Below are positions 1-10,124 of a DNA stretch of 64,000 nt, in pieces (position 1 is the first letter of the stretch; every line of letters starts with the position of its first letter). The stretch spans positions 448,001 to 512,000 of the forward strand of contig CAWIYV010000014.1 of NCBI GenBank assembly GCA_963840455.1, given 5' to 3'. Source of the stretch: Nitrospirota bacterium (GTDB lineage: Bacteria; Nitrospirota; UBA9217). The position numbers were made by a program, and so were the translations under genes. The notes beneath the pieces were generated by a model. The model searched no databases and was not told where the DNA came from. It worked only from the letters and a program-made list of their open reading frames with translations.

Positions 1-47
1 TACACCGGTGTCAGCTGGGCCTTGACCTTGCATCCTTCCCGTTGACG

Positions 48-1205
48 TCAGCGCCGCCGGCTCTTGCCGGACCTCCTGTCCTTCCCTGTTCTTCGCTCGT
101 GCGAGGGGAGCGTTGCGGTCGGATATTTTCTTCGGTCTCCGCGTGATCGACGGTCAGCCCGTGTCCTGCGTTCCCGTTCAAACTGCGCGAAGATGCCGTC
201 GAGCAGGTCATGCCGTTTTTTCCGCAGAACGTCCTCATGTGCTGGCTCGCTGCTCACAACACCCACCTTCAGCTCGAAACAATAGTCCCTGATGAGCGTG
301 ACGAGGGCCTGCTCGATCTGCATGAATACCGCCAGGTCCTGATCACCTCTGTCGTCCCGCCCGCCCCCGGTTTTCGCCAGCAGACCGTCGATCGCGCCGG
401 CGGTACGCCGAACGTGCTCGTGGATGGCCTCGTACAACCCCGTCATCGCGTAAATATCCTGCCGGACAATGGCCGTGATCTCCCGGGAGAGAACGTCGAC
501 GTCTTTTTTGGCATCCTCAAGCAGCTGCCGGGGGACCGGACCGAGCTGCAGAGAATCCTTGATGCTGGCCTTGATCTGCTCCTTGATGTCCCCGATCAGC
601 TGCTGCTCAGCTTGCTGCGAGACGAGGAGATCGACGAGGATGCCGATCGATTTTTCGCAGAGGCGTTCGATCCTGACCAGGTTGTCCCTGATGTACTGCG
701 CAATGTCGCGCAGCTCCTGGGACAGGTCCGAGCGCCGCCTCCTCAGGGAGGCGAGCGCCTGCTTCCGCTCCTCGACCATACCGCGCAAACGCTCCAACTT
801 TGCCGCATCGCTCTTCCTCTTCGGGTCAAGGCCCGCTATCTCTTCTTTGGCGGTCTTGATGAACGCCTCCGGCTTCCGGAAGTCCAGCGCCATGAGAATA
901 TGGAGGTGATATTTGAACTGCCCCACGGCGAGTTTTAGGACGGGATGGACGAATTGCGAAAAACCGAGCACGCCGTAGAACATTCTGTCCCCGATGTTCT
1001 GAGGCTCCTCGTCAACGCGCTGCTGGCGCGTGAACTCCCGGATGCTTTCGATCAGACCGTGGTACCGGGCCAAGTCGCTGCTGTGCGGCTCTCGACTGCC
1101 TGCTTTTTGGGTGCTCGCGAGAAAATGCCCGAGTTCGTCCTGCGTCGGATTGAGGTCGGCATTCGATTCGAAACGAAGACCAAATATGCGTGTGTCTTTC
1201 GGCAT
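48..1205 (-). CDS. Hypothetical helical/coiled-coil protein with an Arg-rich ERR/DRR repeat tail
   Basis: ORF 48..1442. Likely start MPKDTRIF at 1205, preceded by a purine-rich stretch. Tail reads ERRTRADRRSRGDRRK...ERRTGKDRRSGKSRRR. Confidence 0.7.
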   Translation of the reverse strand: MPKDTRIFGLRFESNADLNPTQDELGHFLASTQKAGSREPHSSDLARYHGLIESIREFTRQQRVDEEPQNIGDRMFYGVLGFSQFVHPVLKLAVGQFKYHLHILMALDFRKPEAFIKTAKEEIAGLDPKRKSDAAKLERLRGMVEERKQALASLRRRRSDLSQELRDIAQYIRDNLVRIERLCEKSIGILVDLLVSQQAEQQLIGDIKEQIKASIKDSLQLGPVPRQLLEDAKKDVDVLSREITAIVRQDIYAMTGLYEAIHEHVRRTAGAIDGLLAKTGGGRDDRGDQDLAVFMQIEQALVTLIRDYCFELKVGVVSSEPAHEDVLRKKRHDLLDGIFAQFERERRTRADRRSRGDRRKYPTATLPSHERRTGKDRRSGKSRRR

Positions 1206-1446
1206 GCCCCTGCCCGTGCTCCTGATGGAACTCCTGGGTGCCGGATTCCGCTGCTCACCAGGAATGTTCGCCCGGAACGCATCCATGGCGCAACAACGCA
1301 GTTCCGCTCCTCTTGCGTGCTGCTGTGCAATCAATACAATAATAGAATAGTATTGCCGTATTTGCAAGCCCACAAGTGCTGCATACAAGGTGGGCATGCA
1401 GTTCTCCAATTGCACCCGTTCATCAAGGGCTACAAGGGACACCTCT

Positions 1447-1953
1447 TCACTCAGTTTCGCAGGGCGGGACCTTTGTTTTCAAGGTTTTGAGCCGCGCCGG
1501 CGTCAACGAACTCTTGACCTCGTAGCCGACCTTCGCGTGAGCATCCTTCTTCTTCATCAGCAGCCACTCTTTGCCGGTCGATCTCGGCAGATGCTTCATC
1601 TGCGCAAGGGCGAAGGCGCCTTTCAGCTTCTTTCCCTTCAGCTCAAAGCCGAGCTTGCCGTTCTTCAGTGAGCTCTCAGGGTCATCGGTATCGAGCGGGA
1701 CGAACGCACCGGTGTCCCACACGACCACCGGTCCGGCGCCGTAATGTCCTTCGGGGATGACGGCCTCGAAGTCGATATACTCAAGCGGATGGTCCGGCAC
1801 CATGACCGCAAGACGCTTGTCTGCGGGGTCCAGTGACGGCCCCTTGGGGATGGCCCAGGACTTGAGCACGCCGTTGATCTCCAGCCGAAAATCATAATGG
1901 AGCCGCTTCGACCGGTGCTCGTGAACGACGAACCGGAGTGTCTTTTCCGCCAT
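1447..1953 (-). CDS. Stand-alone LigD 3'-phosphoesterase domain protein
   Basis: Motifs FVVHEH, LHYDFRLE, LKSWAIPKGPS, KRLAVMVPDHPLEY and YGAGPVVVWD. AGGAGG RBS before MAEKT. Confidence 0.9.
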   Translation of the reverse strand: MAEKTLRFVVHEHRSKRLHYDFRLEINGVLKSWAIPKGPSLDPADKRLAVMVPDHPLEYIDFEAVIPEGHYGAGPVVVWDTGAFVPLDTDDPESSLKNGKLGFELKGKKLKGAFALAQMKHLPRSTGKEWLLMKKKDAHAKVGYEVKSSLTPARLKTLKTKVPPCETE

Positions 1954-2048
1954 GACCGCCACCTCCTGGAAGAGTATGTGAACTGCGATGCTTCTATGAT
2001 ACAATAGTACTGTTTGTACCACAAGCGTTGACAAAGAGACCGGACCAC

Positions 2049-3884
2049 ATGACCAGAGAAGCATATATAAGGAAGAAGCTGGATGATAATTTTCAGCTCT
2101 GGTGCGGAAGGGCGTCCCTCTGGGGGTGCTTCCTCTTCCTGTCCCTGGGCGTGCTGGACTACCTGGCGACGCCAGAGAACTTTTTCCTATTTCTCCGGTA
2201 TCGGGCCGTCGTAGCTCTGGTCCTCCTTGCGGGATATTTTTTCACTTGGCGGCTCCCGAAAGCATATCTCTCGACGCTCGCTTTTGTTATGGTCGCCAGC
2301 GCCGCAATCGCCATCGAGCTCATGATCCTTAACTTCGGCGGACATGAGTCGCCTTACTACGTGGGCATGATCCTGCTTGGCATATCGGTCGTCGGCTTTA
2401 TCCCAGCACGATTCTCATTCCATATAATTATCGCAATAATGATTTACACGATCTATCTCTTTCCGATCCTGATTATAGAAACTATCACAGGCCACCGGGA
2501 TTTTGTTATCGCGAACGCGTTTATGGTATTGATCTTCTCCACCCTGCTTCTCATGCGGTACATGAGCGGGAATGCATTGGCGGCCGAACTGGGCCTCCAG
2601 TACGACCTCGAGCAGTACCGCGAGCGTCTCGAGATGGTCGTCGAAGAGCGGACCGCCGAGCTCAGGCATGCCGTGCAGGACCTGAAAAAGGAGATCGTCG
2701 AGCGCCAGAGGGCGGAAGCGGAGCGGAAGCTGCTGCAGGCCCAGCTGCTGCAGGCCCAGAAGATGGAATCCATCGGCCGCCTCGCCGGGGGCGTGGCCCA
2801 CGACTTCAACAACATCCTTACGGCGATCCTGAGCTATGCCGAGCTTTCCCTCATGAAGCTTCCCGAACATGACCCGCTCAGGGGCCATCTGATCTCCATC
2901 CAGGAAGCGAGCGAAAAGGCCGCTACGCTGACGCACCAGCTCCTGGCGTTCAGCCGCAGGCAGGTCCTGGAAATGAAGGTGGTGGACCTGAACGACGTCA
3001 TCAGGGGTCTGGCGAAGATGCTGACGAGGATGATCGGCGAGGACATGCCCCTTGAGCTTAGGACCGGCGCGACGGCAAGCTTCGTGCGCGCGGACGAGGG
3101 GCAGATCGAGCAGGTCCTGATGAACCTTGCGGTGAACGCGCGGGACGCGATGCCGTCGGGAGGCCGCCTCGTGATCGAGACGGCGGATGCGAACCCGGAC
3201 GATGCGGTCCTGAAGGCGCAAGGGGTGGCCGATCCGGGACAGTACGTCATGCTGTCCGTGACCGATTCAGGCGCCGGGATGTCGGCGGAAGTGCGGGAGC
3301 GGATCTTTGAGCCCTTCTTTACGACCAAGGAGCTTGGCCGGGGGACCGGCCTGGGCCTTGCCACGGTCTATGGGATCGTGAAGCAGCACGGCGGCCACAT
3401 CATCGTGGACAGCGAACCGGGAAAAGGGACCATCTTTCGGATTTTACTTCCCCTGACCGCGGGTCCCGGGCCGCAGCAGGCAGCGGAGCCGAGCGGCCCC
3501 CTGCCGGAGGGGACGGAGACCCTCCTGGTCGTCGAGGACGACGAACTGGTCCGGGGCCTTATCGACGAGGTGCTGGCGCCGCTGGGCTACCGGGTCCTTA
3601 CCACAGCATCGGGCGATGAAGCCCTCAAGACCAGCGATTCCTTCCCGGGCCACGTGGACCTGCTGCTGACGGACGTGGTGATGCCGGGCATGAACGGCAG
3701 GCAGCTCGCCGAGATCATGCGCACCAGGCGGCCGGGGATCAAGGTGCTGTTCATGTCAGGATATACTCAGGACGCCCTTTCCACGCAGGGGATCCTGGAG
3801 CCGGGGGTCGCTTTGATCCACAAGCCGCTCCGGGCCGGAACGCTGGCACGGCAGATCCGGCAGGTGTTGGACAGCGTCCGGTAG
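2049..3884 (+). CDS. Membrane hybrid histidine kinase (multi-TM, HisKA, HATPase, receiver; CckA-like)
   Basis: About 5 hydrophobic segments, then [35 protein letters not shown] and a receiver ([13 protein letters not shown]). Confidence 0.92.
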   Translation: MTREAYIRKKLDDNFQLWCGRASLWGCFLFLSLGVLDYLATPENFFLFLRYRAVVALVLLAGYFFTWRLPKAYLSTLAFVMVASAAIAIELMILNFGGHESPYYVGMILLGISVVGFIPARFSFHIIIAIMIYTIYLFPILIIETITGHRDFVIANAFMVLIFSTLLLMRYMSGNALAAELGLQYDLEQYRERLEMVVEERTAELRHAVQDLKKEIVERQRAEAERKLLQAQLLQAQKMESIGRLAGGVAHDFNNILTAILSYAELSLMKLPEHDPLRGHLISIQEASEKAATLTHQLLAFSRRQVLEMKVVDLNDVIRGLAKMLTRMIGEDMPLELRTGATASFVRADEGQIEQVLMNLAVNARDAMPSGGRLVIETADANPDDAVLKAQGVADPGQYVMLSVTDSGAGMSAEVRERIFEPFFTTKELGRGTGLGLATVYGIVKQHGGHIIVDSEPGKGTIFRILLPLTAGPGPQQAAEPSGPLPEGTETLLVVEDDELVRGLIDEVLAPLGYRVLTTASGDEALKTSDSFPGHVDLLLTDVVMPGMNGRQLAEIMRTRRPGIKVLFMSGYTQDALSTQGILEPGVALIHKPLRAGTLARQIRQVLDSVR

Positions 3885-3930
3885 GGCAGGAACACTTGCC
3901 CCGGGGCCGATCGCTATCCCCCGAAATTTC

Positions 3931-3960
3931 TTGACAAACCTTGCTTCCGCCGTATACAAT
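3931..3960 (+). promoter_or_regulatory. Putative sigma-70 promoter of cysS
   Basis: TTGACA-18 bp-TACAAT. Confidence 0.6.
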
Positions 3961-4015
3961 CTCACGCTTATTCGGACCGCAGTGAACACGGTCCTGGATG
4001 GAGAACAGTTCAGCC

Positions 4016-5491
4016 ATGATCAAGCTCTATAACACCTTGACCGGGAAAAAAGAAGAGTTCGTGCCGGTAACGCCGGGAACGGTGAACATGTATGCCTGCG
4101 GTGTGACGGTGTACGATTTTTCGCACCTGGGTCACGCCCGAGGCGCAGTCGCCTTCGACGTGATCCAGCGGTACTTCCGACGCCGGGGATACCAGGTCAA
4201 GTACGTGCGAAACTTCACCGACGTGGATGACAAGATCATCAACCGGGCGAGGGAAGAGGGCATTTCCGCGGCCGAGGTCGCGCGCAAGTACATCGACGCC
4301 TACCAGGAGGACATGAAGCGCCTGGGCGTGGGCAGGCCCGACGAAGAACCGCTTGCCACCGAGCATATCAAGGAGATGATCGACGTCATCCGGCGGCTCG
4401 TCGAGAAAGGGCACGCCTACGCGGTGGACGGCGATATCTATTTCCGCGTTGCGAGCTTCAAGGACTACGGCAAGCTCTCGAAGCGGAACCTCGAGGACAT
4501 GAAGGCCGGAGCGCGGGTGGAGGTGGACGAGCGGAAGGAAGATCCGCTGGATTTCGCCCTGTGGAAGGCCTCGAAGCCCGGCGAACCCGCTTGGGACAGC
4601 CCCTGGGGCCCGGGCAGGCCCGGCTGGCACATCGAGTGCACGGCCATGGGCTTCAAGCACCTGGGCGAGACCTTCGACATCCATGCCGGCGGCAAGGACC
4701 TTATCTTCCCCCACCATGAGAACGAGATCGCCCAGAGCGAGGCCTCATCGGGCAGGAAGTTCGTGAACTACTGGCTGCACAACGGCTTCGTCAACATCAA
4801 TGAGGAGAAGATGTCCAAGTCCCTGGGCAACTTCTTCACCATCCGCGACATCCTGGACAAGTACGACGCGGAGATCGTCAGGCTCTTCCTGCTCTCGACC
4901 CACTACCGGAGCCCCATCGATTTCTCCGACGCAAACCTCAAGGACGCGCGGGCGGGCCTCGACCGCTTCTATACCATGAAAGAAGGGATCAGGAACTTCC
5001 TTGCCGGAAAGAAGCCGCCGGCGGTCAAACCCGAAGAGGTGGTCGAGTCAGCGGACCGTCCGCTGTACGAGAAGACCCTGAACCTGCCGGGGGCCTTCGA
5101 GGAGGCCATGGATGACGACTTCAATACGGCGTTGGCCATCGGGCTCATCTATGACCTGGTCCGGGACGTGAACAAGTTCATCGCCGAACTGCATACGAAG
5201 AACGAGCAGGGTGCATACATCATCCTGTCGGCGGCGCATGAATCGTTCGATAATGTCAGCCGGACCCTTGGCATCTTCCTGCGCGAGCCTGAAGAGTGGT
5301 TCCAGGAAGCGCGGCTCGGCGAACACAAGATAACGCTGTCGGTGGAGCAGATCGAGGAGCATATCCATCTCAGGAACAATGCGCGGGCTGGAAAGGACTG
5401 GGCCGAGGCGGACCGCATCCGGAAGGTCCTGGACGATGCCGGCGTCACGCTCTTCGACCGGCCTGGCGGCACGGTCTGGAAGCCGAAGTAA
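4016..5491 (+). CDS. cysS: Cysteine--tRNA ligase
   Basis: YACGVTVYD, HLGH, GRPGWHIEC, FPHHENE and KMSKS motifs. Confidence 0.98.
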   Translation: MIKLYNTLTGKKEEFVPVTPGTVNMYACGVTVYDFSHLGHARGAVAFDVIQRYFRRRGYQVKYVRNFTDVDDKIINRAREEGISAAEVARKYIDAYQEDMKRLGVGRPDEEPLATEHIKEMIDVIRRLVEKGHAYAVDGDIYFRVASFKDYGKLSKRNLEDMKAGARVEVDERKEDPLDFALWKASKPGEPAWDSPWGPGRPGWHIECTAMGFKHLGETFDIHAGGKDLIFPHHENEIAQSEASSGRKFVNYWLHNGFVNINEEKMSKSLGNFFTIRDILDKYDAEIVRLFLLSTHYRSPIDFSDANLKDARAGLDRFYTMKEGIRNFLAGKKPPAVKPEEVVESADRPLYEKTLNLPGAFEEAMDDDFNTALAIGLIYDLVRDVNKFIAELHTKNEQGAYIILSAAHESFDNVSRTLGIFLREPEEWFQEARLGEHKITLSVEQIEEHIHLRNNARAGKDWAEADRIRKVLDDAGVTLFDRPGGTVWKPK

Positions 5492-5502
5492 TGAAAAGGG
5501 CA

Positions 5503-5691
5503 TTTACCGCAGAGGACGCAGAAAAATCAGAGCAGCCGTGAGATGGTTTACCTCGGATGAACACGGATCGATTCCTTGTTGACGACTGTTCATTGAGAAT
5601 AGAAAGACGTGCTGGTTCCTTGGTCTCATGAGCAAGAAAAATAATATTGTCTTGTCGTCGATTTACCTTCCTCTGCATCCTCTGCGGTAAA
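5503..5691. repeat. Inverted-repeat element, 9-nt-periodic family (no ORF inside)
   Basis: TTTACCGCAGAGGACGCAGA (5503-5522) and TCTGCATCCTCTGCGGTAAA (5672-5691) are 19/20 complementary around an AT-rich core. Confidence 0.85.
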
Positions 5692-5709
5692 ACTTTTTCA
5701 ACCCGCGCT

Positions 5710-6450
5710 ATGTCCAGAGACAAGATCATCGGCATCAATCCCGTCCTCGAGGCCCTGAAGGCAGGCAGGCCGGTCCAGCGTCTCCTGGTCGCCGACCAGC
5801 GGAGGCAGGACCGCGATATCCAGGCGATTCTCCACCTTGCCCGGGAATGCGGTGCCGAGATCCGGTTCGCGAGCCGTGAGGCACTGAACCGGGAGGCGCC
5901 GGGCACGAAGCATCAGGGGGTCATCGCGATCGCTGCGGCAAAGCAATACGCGACCCTTGACGAGATTCTCGCGGCCCCCGCAAAGCGGGGAAAAGCGCCG
6001 CTCTTCCTGGTCCTCGACGGAGTCGAAGACCCCCGCAATCTCGGCGCCATCATCCGAACCGCTGACGCCGCCGGCGTCCATGGTGTCATCATCCCGGAGC
6101 GGCGGGCCACTGGCCTGACCGAGACCGTAGCCAAGGCGGCGGCTGGCGCCATGGAGCACGTTCCCGTGGTCAAAGTGGTGAACATCGTCAATACCCTGGA
6201 AGATCTCAAGAAGGCAGGGGTGTGGGTCGCGGGAGCCGAAGCAGGCGGGGAAACCGTTTACTGGGACGCAGACTTTGTCCGGCCGACGGCCCTGGTCCTG
6301 GGCGGCGAGGACCGGGGTGTCCGCAGGCTCGTGCGGGAACGATGCGATTACCTGGTATCCCTGCCCCTCCTGGGCAGGATCAGCTCCCTGAATGTGTCCG
6401 TGGCAGCGGGGATCCTGCTGTACGAAGCCCTCAGACAGCGGTCCCGGTAA
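5710..6450 (+). CDS. rlmB: 23S rRNA Gm2251 2'-O-methyltransferase
   Basis: HQGVIA, LDGVEDPRNLGAIIRTA and SSLNVSVAAG SPOUT motifs; lies after cysS. Confidence 0.95.
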   Translation: MSRDKIIGINPVLEALKAGRPVQRLLVADQRRQDRDIQAILHLARECGAEIRFASREALNREAPGTKHQGVIAIAAAKQYATLDEILAAPAKRGKAPLFLVLDGVEDPRNLGAIIRTADAAGVHGVIIPERRATGLTETVAKAAAGAMEHVPVVKVVNIVNTLEDLKKAGVWVAGAEAGGETVYWDADFVRPTALVLGGEDRGVRRLVRERCDYLVSLPLLGRISSLNVSVAAGILLYEALRQRSR

Positions 6451-6506
6451 TCTTTCGGGCTTTCCGGCGGTCCTGGTTCCCTCCGCGTTTTTATTCAAAT
6501 TTTTTG

Positions 6507-6535
6507 TTGACATCGGGGATGCTCTCGGCTAGAAT
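6507..6535 (+). promoter_or_regulatory. Sigma-70 promoter of the tRNA-tuf operon
   Basis: TTGACA-17 bp-TAGAAT. Confidence 0.75.
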
Positions 6536-6593
6536 ACCAACTTCCGTGAAAAGCGGTCACAGCCGTGGTGTGCCCAGGGGATTTCGACGTATC

Positions 6594-6669
6594 GCCACCG
6601 TAACTCAGTTGGTAGAGTAGCTGATTTGTAATCAGCCTGTCGTGGGTTCGATTCCCTCCGGTGGCTCCA
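6594..6669 (+). tRNA. tRNA-Thr(TGT)
   Basis: Cloverleaf, anticodon arm GCTGA-TTTGTAA-TCAGC, TTCGA loop, CCA end. Confidence 0.95.
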
Positions 6670-6723
6670 GCTATCTGCCGGTCACAGCAATCAAATCATC
6701 CATCACGTAAGGTAGTTGTAATC

Positions 6724-6809
6724 GGGGAGGTGCCCGAGTGGCCAAAGGGAACAGACTGTAAATCTGTCGGCGTCAGCCTACGGAGGTTCGAAACCTCCCC
6801 TCCCCACCA
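6724..6809 (+). tRNA. tRNA-Tyr(GTA)
   Basis: ACAGA-CTGTAAA-TCTGT anticodon arm, long variable arm, CCA end. Confidence 0.95.
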
Positions 6810-6819
6810 CTTCATACTG

Positions 6820-6880
6820 TGCGGATTGACCATCGCGGAGTGCGGTCCCTTATCAGGGACCCGCGGTCCGAAATCCGAAA
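6820..6880. repeat. Degenerate 7-nt-periodic inverted array
   Basis: TGCGGAT/CGCGGAG/TGCGGTC units facing CCCGCGG/TCCGAAA/TCCGAAA units. Confidence 0.5.
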
Positions 6881-6886
6881 GAGAAT

Positions 6887-6963
6887 GCGGGAATAGCTCA
6901 GCTGGCTAGAGCGCCAGCCTTCCAAGCTGGGGGTCGCGGGTTCGAATCCCGTTTCCCGCTCCA
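6887..6963 (+). tRNA. tRNA-Gly(TCC)
   Basis: CCAGC-CTTCCAA-GCTGG anticodon arm, CCA end. Confidence 0.95.
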
Positions 6964-6967
6964 TACA

Positions 6968-7004
6968 TCAAATTTTAAATTTATAATTTTGAATTTAAAA
7001 TTGA
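6968..7004. repeat. AT-rich imperfect palindrome
   Basis: TCAAATTTTAAATT...AATTTAAAATTGA between two tRNAs. Confidence 0.55.
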
Positions 7005-7010
7005 GGCAAC

Positions 7011-7086
7011 GCCCATGTAGCTCAGTTGGTAGAGCACATCCTTGGTAAGGATGAGGTCAGCGGTTCAATCCCGCTCATGGGCTCCA
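7011..7086 (+). tRNA. tRNA-Thr(GGT)
   Basis: CATCC-TTGGTAA-GGATG anticodon arm, CCA end. Confidence 0.95.
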
Positions 7087-7129
7087 TAGCATTTATTCCT
7101 TTTCTGAATTCCTTGATCCGGAGGGCTCT

Positions 7130-8329
7130 ATGGCAAAAGCGAAATTTGAGAGAACGAAGCCGCATGTGAACGTGGGGACCATCGGCCACGTTGACCACGG
7201 CAAGACGACGCTGACGGCTGCGATCACGAAGGTGCTGGCGTTCAAGAACATGGCCAGCTTCGTGTCGTACGACAACATCGACAAGGCGCCCGAGGAACGG
7301 GAGCGCGGCATCACGATCGCGACGGCGCACGTGGAGTACCAGACCGAGAAGCGCCACTACGCCCATGTGGACTGCCCGGGCCATGCCGATTACATCAAGA
7401 ACATGATCACCGGCGCGGCGCAGATGGACGGAGCGATCCTGGTGGTCTCGGCCGCTGACGGCCCCATGCCCCAGACGCGCGAGCACATCCTTTTGGCCCG
7501 CCAGGTTGGCGTGCCCTATATCGTCGTGTACATGAACAAGGTCGACATGGTCGACGATCCCGAGCTCCTGGAGCTGGTCGAACTTGAGGTCCGCGAGCTC
7601 CTGTCCAAGTACCAGTTCCCCGGCGACAAGACCCCGATCATCAAAGGCAGCGCCCTGAAGGCGCTCCAGAGCGAGAGCAAGGACATCAATGCGCCCGAGT
7701 ACAAGAGCATCCTTGAACTCATGGACGCCCTGGACAGCTACATTCCCCAGCCCAAGCGCGATATCGACAAGCCCTACCTGATGCCGATCGAGGACGTGTT
7801 CTCCATCGCCGGCCGCGGCACCGTGGTGACGGGCCGCATCGAGCGGGGCATCGTGAAAGTGGGCGACGAGATCGAGATCGTGGGCATCAAGCCCACGCAG
7901 AAGACCGTGGTCACCGGTGTTGAGATGTTCCGGAAGCTCCTGGATTCGGGCGAGGCCGGCGACAATGTCGGCGTCCTGCTCCGGGGCGTGAAGAAGGAAG
8001 AAGTGGAGCGCGGCATGGTCCTGGCCAAGCCCGGGAGCATCACCCCGCACACGAAGTTCAAGGCCGAGGCCTACGTTCTGACGAAGGAAGAGGGCGGCCG
8101 CCACACCCCGTTCTTCAAGGGATACCGTCCGCAGTTCTACTTCCGGACGACGGACGTGACGGGCGTGGTGACGCTGGCCGAAGGCGTCGAGATGGTGATG
8201 CCGGGCGACAACATGAGCTGCAGCGTTGAGCTCATCACCCCCATCGCCATGGACAAGGAGCTCCGGTTCGCCATCCGCGAGGGCGGCCGCACCGTGGGCG
8301 CCGGCGTGATCACCGAAGTGATCGAGTAA
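7130..8329 (+). CDS. tuf: Elongation factor Tu (copy 1)
   Basis: [14 protein letters not shown] and NKVD motifs; 399 aa. Confidence 0.99.
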   Translation: MAKAKFERTKPHVNVGTIGHVDHGKTTLTAAITKVLAFKNMASFVSYDNIDKAPEERERGITIATAHVEYQTEKRHYAHVDCPGHADYIKNMITGAAQMDGAILVVSAADGPMPQTREHILLARQVGVPYIVVYMNKVDMVDDPELLELVELEVRELLSKYQFPGDKTPIIKGSALKALQSESKDINAPEYKSILELMDALDSYIPQPKRDIDKPYLMPIEDVFSIAGRGTVVTGRIERGIVKVGDEIEIVGIKPTQKTVVTGVEMFRKLLDSGEAGDNVGVLLRGVKKEEVERGMVLAKPGSITPHTKFKAEAYVLTKEEGGRHTPFFKGYRPQFYFRTTDVTGVVTLAEGVEMVMPGDNMSCSVELITPIAMDKELRFAIREGGRTVGAGVITEVIE

Positions 8330-8344
8330 GCAGGCACGAAGCAG

Positions 8345-8410
8345 TGCGGAATTCGGAATGGCGAATGCGGAATGAGGAACAGATCCGCACCCCGCGCTCC
8401 GCACTCCGAA
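8345..8410. repeat. 7-nt-periodic inverted array
   Basis: TGCGGAA TTCGGAA TGGCGAA TGCGGAA TGAGGAA facing ATCCGCA CCCCGCG CTCCGCA CTCCGAA. Confidence 0.8.
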
Positions 8411-8435
8411 TTTGATATAGAGAGAGGCTACAGAA

Positions 8436-8588
8436 ATGCGTGAGATCATTCTCCTCGCCTGCAGTGAGTGCAAGCGGAAAAACTATTCGACGACCAAGAA
8501 CAAGCGGAACACGCCTGACAAGCTGAACCTGGACAAGTATTGCCGGTTCTGCCGCAAGCATACGACGCACAAGGAAACCAAGGCGTAA
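8436..8588 (+). CDS. rpmG: 50S ribosomal protein L33 (zinc-binding C+ form)
   Basis: Manually translated: [50 protein letters not shown]. Confidence 0.96.
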   Translation: MREIILLACSECKRKNYSTTKNKRNTPDKLNLDKYCRFCRKHTTHKETKA

Positions 8589-8592
8589 TACC

Positions 8593-8673
8593 AAATTCAA
8601 AGATAAAAAAGTAAAATGTAAAATAAAGGTTCCTTTCTACCATTTTTCATTTTGCATTTTATATTTTGAATTT
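8593..8673. repeat. AT-rich 7-nt-periodic inverted array
   Basis: AAATTCA AAGATAA AAAGTAA AATGTAA facing ATTTTTC ATTTTGC ATTTTAT ATTTTGA. Confidence 0.75.
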
Positions 8674-8679
8674 TTTCAC

Positions 8680-8755
8680 AGGCCAGTAGCTCTAATGGTA
8701 GAGCTCCGGACTCCAAATCCGGCTGCTGGGGGTTCGAGTCCCTCCTGGCCTGCCA
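8680..8755 (+). tRNA. tRNA-Trp(CCA)
   Basis: CCGGA-CTCCAAA-TCCGG anticodon arm, CCA end; usual position between rpmG and secE. Confidence 0.95.
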
Positions 8756-8785
8756 AATCTTCTATTGCGGGAGAGGCTTAATCCC

Positions 8786-8971
8786 ATGTTCAACAGGATC
8801 GCGGAGTTCTTCCACGACGTAAAGCTGGAGCTCAAGAAGGTAGTGTTTCCCTCGAAGAAAGAGGTCATCGGGTCCACCTGGGTGGTGATCGTGTCGGTGC
8901 TCATCGCTTCGGTGTTCCTGGGGATCGTGGACATGGCGCTGGGGAAGTTCATGACCACGGTCTTTAAATAG
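8786..8971 (+). CDS. secE: Preprotein translocase subunit SecE
   Basis: ELKKVVFPS followed by a single TM helix; lies before nusG. Confidence 0.93.
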   Translation: MFNRIAEFFHDVKLELKKVVFPSKKEVIGSTWVVIVSVLIASVFLGIVDMALGKFMTTVFK

Positions 8972-8979
8972 AGAGAACT

Positions 8980-9525
8980 ATGTCAACCAAGAACTGGTAC
9001 GTCGTACACACCTACGCGGGCTTCGAGAACAAGGTGAAGGCCAGCATCCTGGAAACGGTCTCGAAACTGGGCCTGCAGGAGAGGATATCCCAGGTCCTGG
9101 TCCCCACCGAAGAAGTGCTGTCGCTCAAGGCGGGCAAGAAGAGGAAGTCGCAGAGGAAGTTCTTCCCCGGCTATATCCTCGTCGAGATGGAGATGGACGA
9201 CAACACCTGGCATGTGGTGAAGGACACGCCGAAGGTGACCGGTTTCGTCGGGGGGAGTCTCAACCCCACGCCGCTCTCCGAAGAGGAGGTCAGCCATATC
9301 CTGAAGCAGGCGGAGGAGGGTGCGGTGGCTCCGACCCAGCCGAAGATCGCGTACCAGAAGGGCGATCGGGTACGGGTCATCGACGGCCCCTTCAGCAGCT
9401 TCATCGGCACCGTGGAGGACGTCAACCCGGCGCACGGCAGGCTCCGGGTGATGGTCAGCATCTTTGGCCGATCGACGCCCGTGGAGCTTGAATTCCTCCA
9501 AGTGGAGCGAGAGAAGGAAAAATAA
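8980..9525 (+). CDS. nusG: Transcription factor NusG
   Basis: [20 protein letters not shown] and KOW motif [11 protein letters not shown]. Confidence 0.97.
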   Translation: MSTKNWYVVHTYAGFENKVKASILETVSKLGLQERISQVLVPTEEVLSLKAGKKRKSQRKFFPGYILVEMEMDDNTWHVVKDTPKVTGFVGGSLNPTPLSEEEVSHILKQAEEGAVAPTQPKIAYQKGDRVRVIDGPFSSFIGTVEDVNPAHGRLRVMVSIFGRSTPVELEFLQVEREKEK

Positions 9526-9582
9526 TATTCGGAATCACCGAATTATTCATGTAGCACGAAATTGAGAAGGTAGGAGTTACCC

Positions 9583-10008
9583 ATGGCAAAAGAGATATCG
9601 GCAAAGATCAAACTGCAGGTCCCGGCAGGCAAGGCCAATCCGGCGCCCCCGGTCGGTCCGGCCCTGGGCCAGCACGGCGTCAATATCATGGAGTTTTGCA
9701 AAGCGTTCAACGCAAAGACCCAGAAGATGGGGGAAACGATCGTTCCCGTCATCATCACCGTGTACACGGACCGGTCCTTCACGTTCATTACGAAGACCCC
9801 GCCGGCAGCAGAGCTCCTGAAGAAGGCCGCCGGCATCATCAAGGGCTCAGGCGTGCCGAACAAGGACAAGGTCGGCAAAGTGACCCGCGCGCAGATCAAG
9901 GAGATCGCGCAGACGAAGATGCCCGACCTCAACGCGGCAAGCGTCGAGTCGGCCATGCGCATGATCGAAGGGTCGGCAAAGAGCATGGGGCTGGAAATCG
10001 TCGACTAA
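9583..10008 (+). CDS. rplK: 50S ribosomal protein L11
   Basis: [15 protein letters not shown] motif. Confidence 0.98.
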   Translation: MAKEISAKIKLQVPAGKANPAPPVGPALGQHGVNIMEFCKAFNAKTQKMGETIVPVIITVYTDRSFTFITKTPPAAELLKKAAGIIKGSGVPNKDKVGKVTRAQIKEIAQTKMPDLNAASVESAMRMIEGSAKSMGLEIVD

Positions 10009-10074
10009 ATTCAAATGCGAAGCTCGAAGCACGAAATCCTAATTTAGACATTCGAAATTAGAATTTCGAATTCG
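10007..10074. repeat. 7-nt-periodic inverted array
   Basis: AAATTCA AATGCGA AGCTCGA AGCACGA AATCCTA facing TTAGACA TTCGAAA TTAGAAT TTCGAAT. Confidence 0.7.
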
Positions 10075-10082
10075 TTGTATGT

Positions 10083-10113
10083 GCGGGAGGCCGACAACGG
10101 CCGTTATGACCGC
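10083..10113 (+). promoter_or_regulatory. Putative L1-binding autoregulatory mRNA element
   Basis: GCGG-GAG-GCCG..CGGC-CGTTATGA-CCGC stem with asymmetric internal loop, directly before the rplA RBS. Confidence 0.6.
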
Positions 10114-10124
10114 AAGGAGGAACC

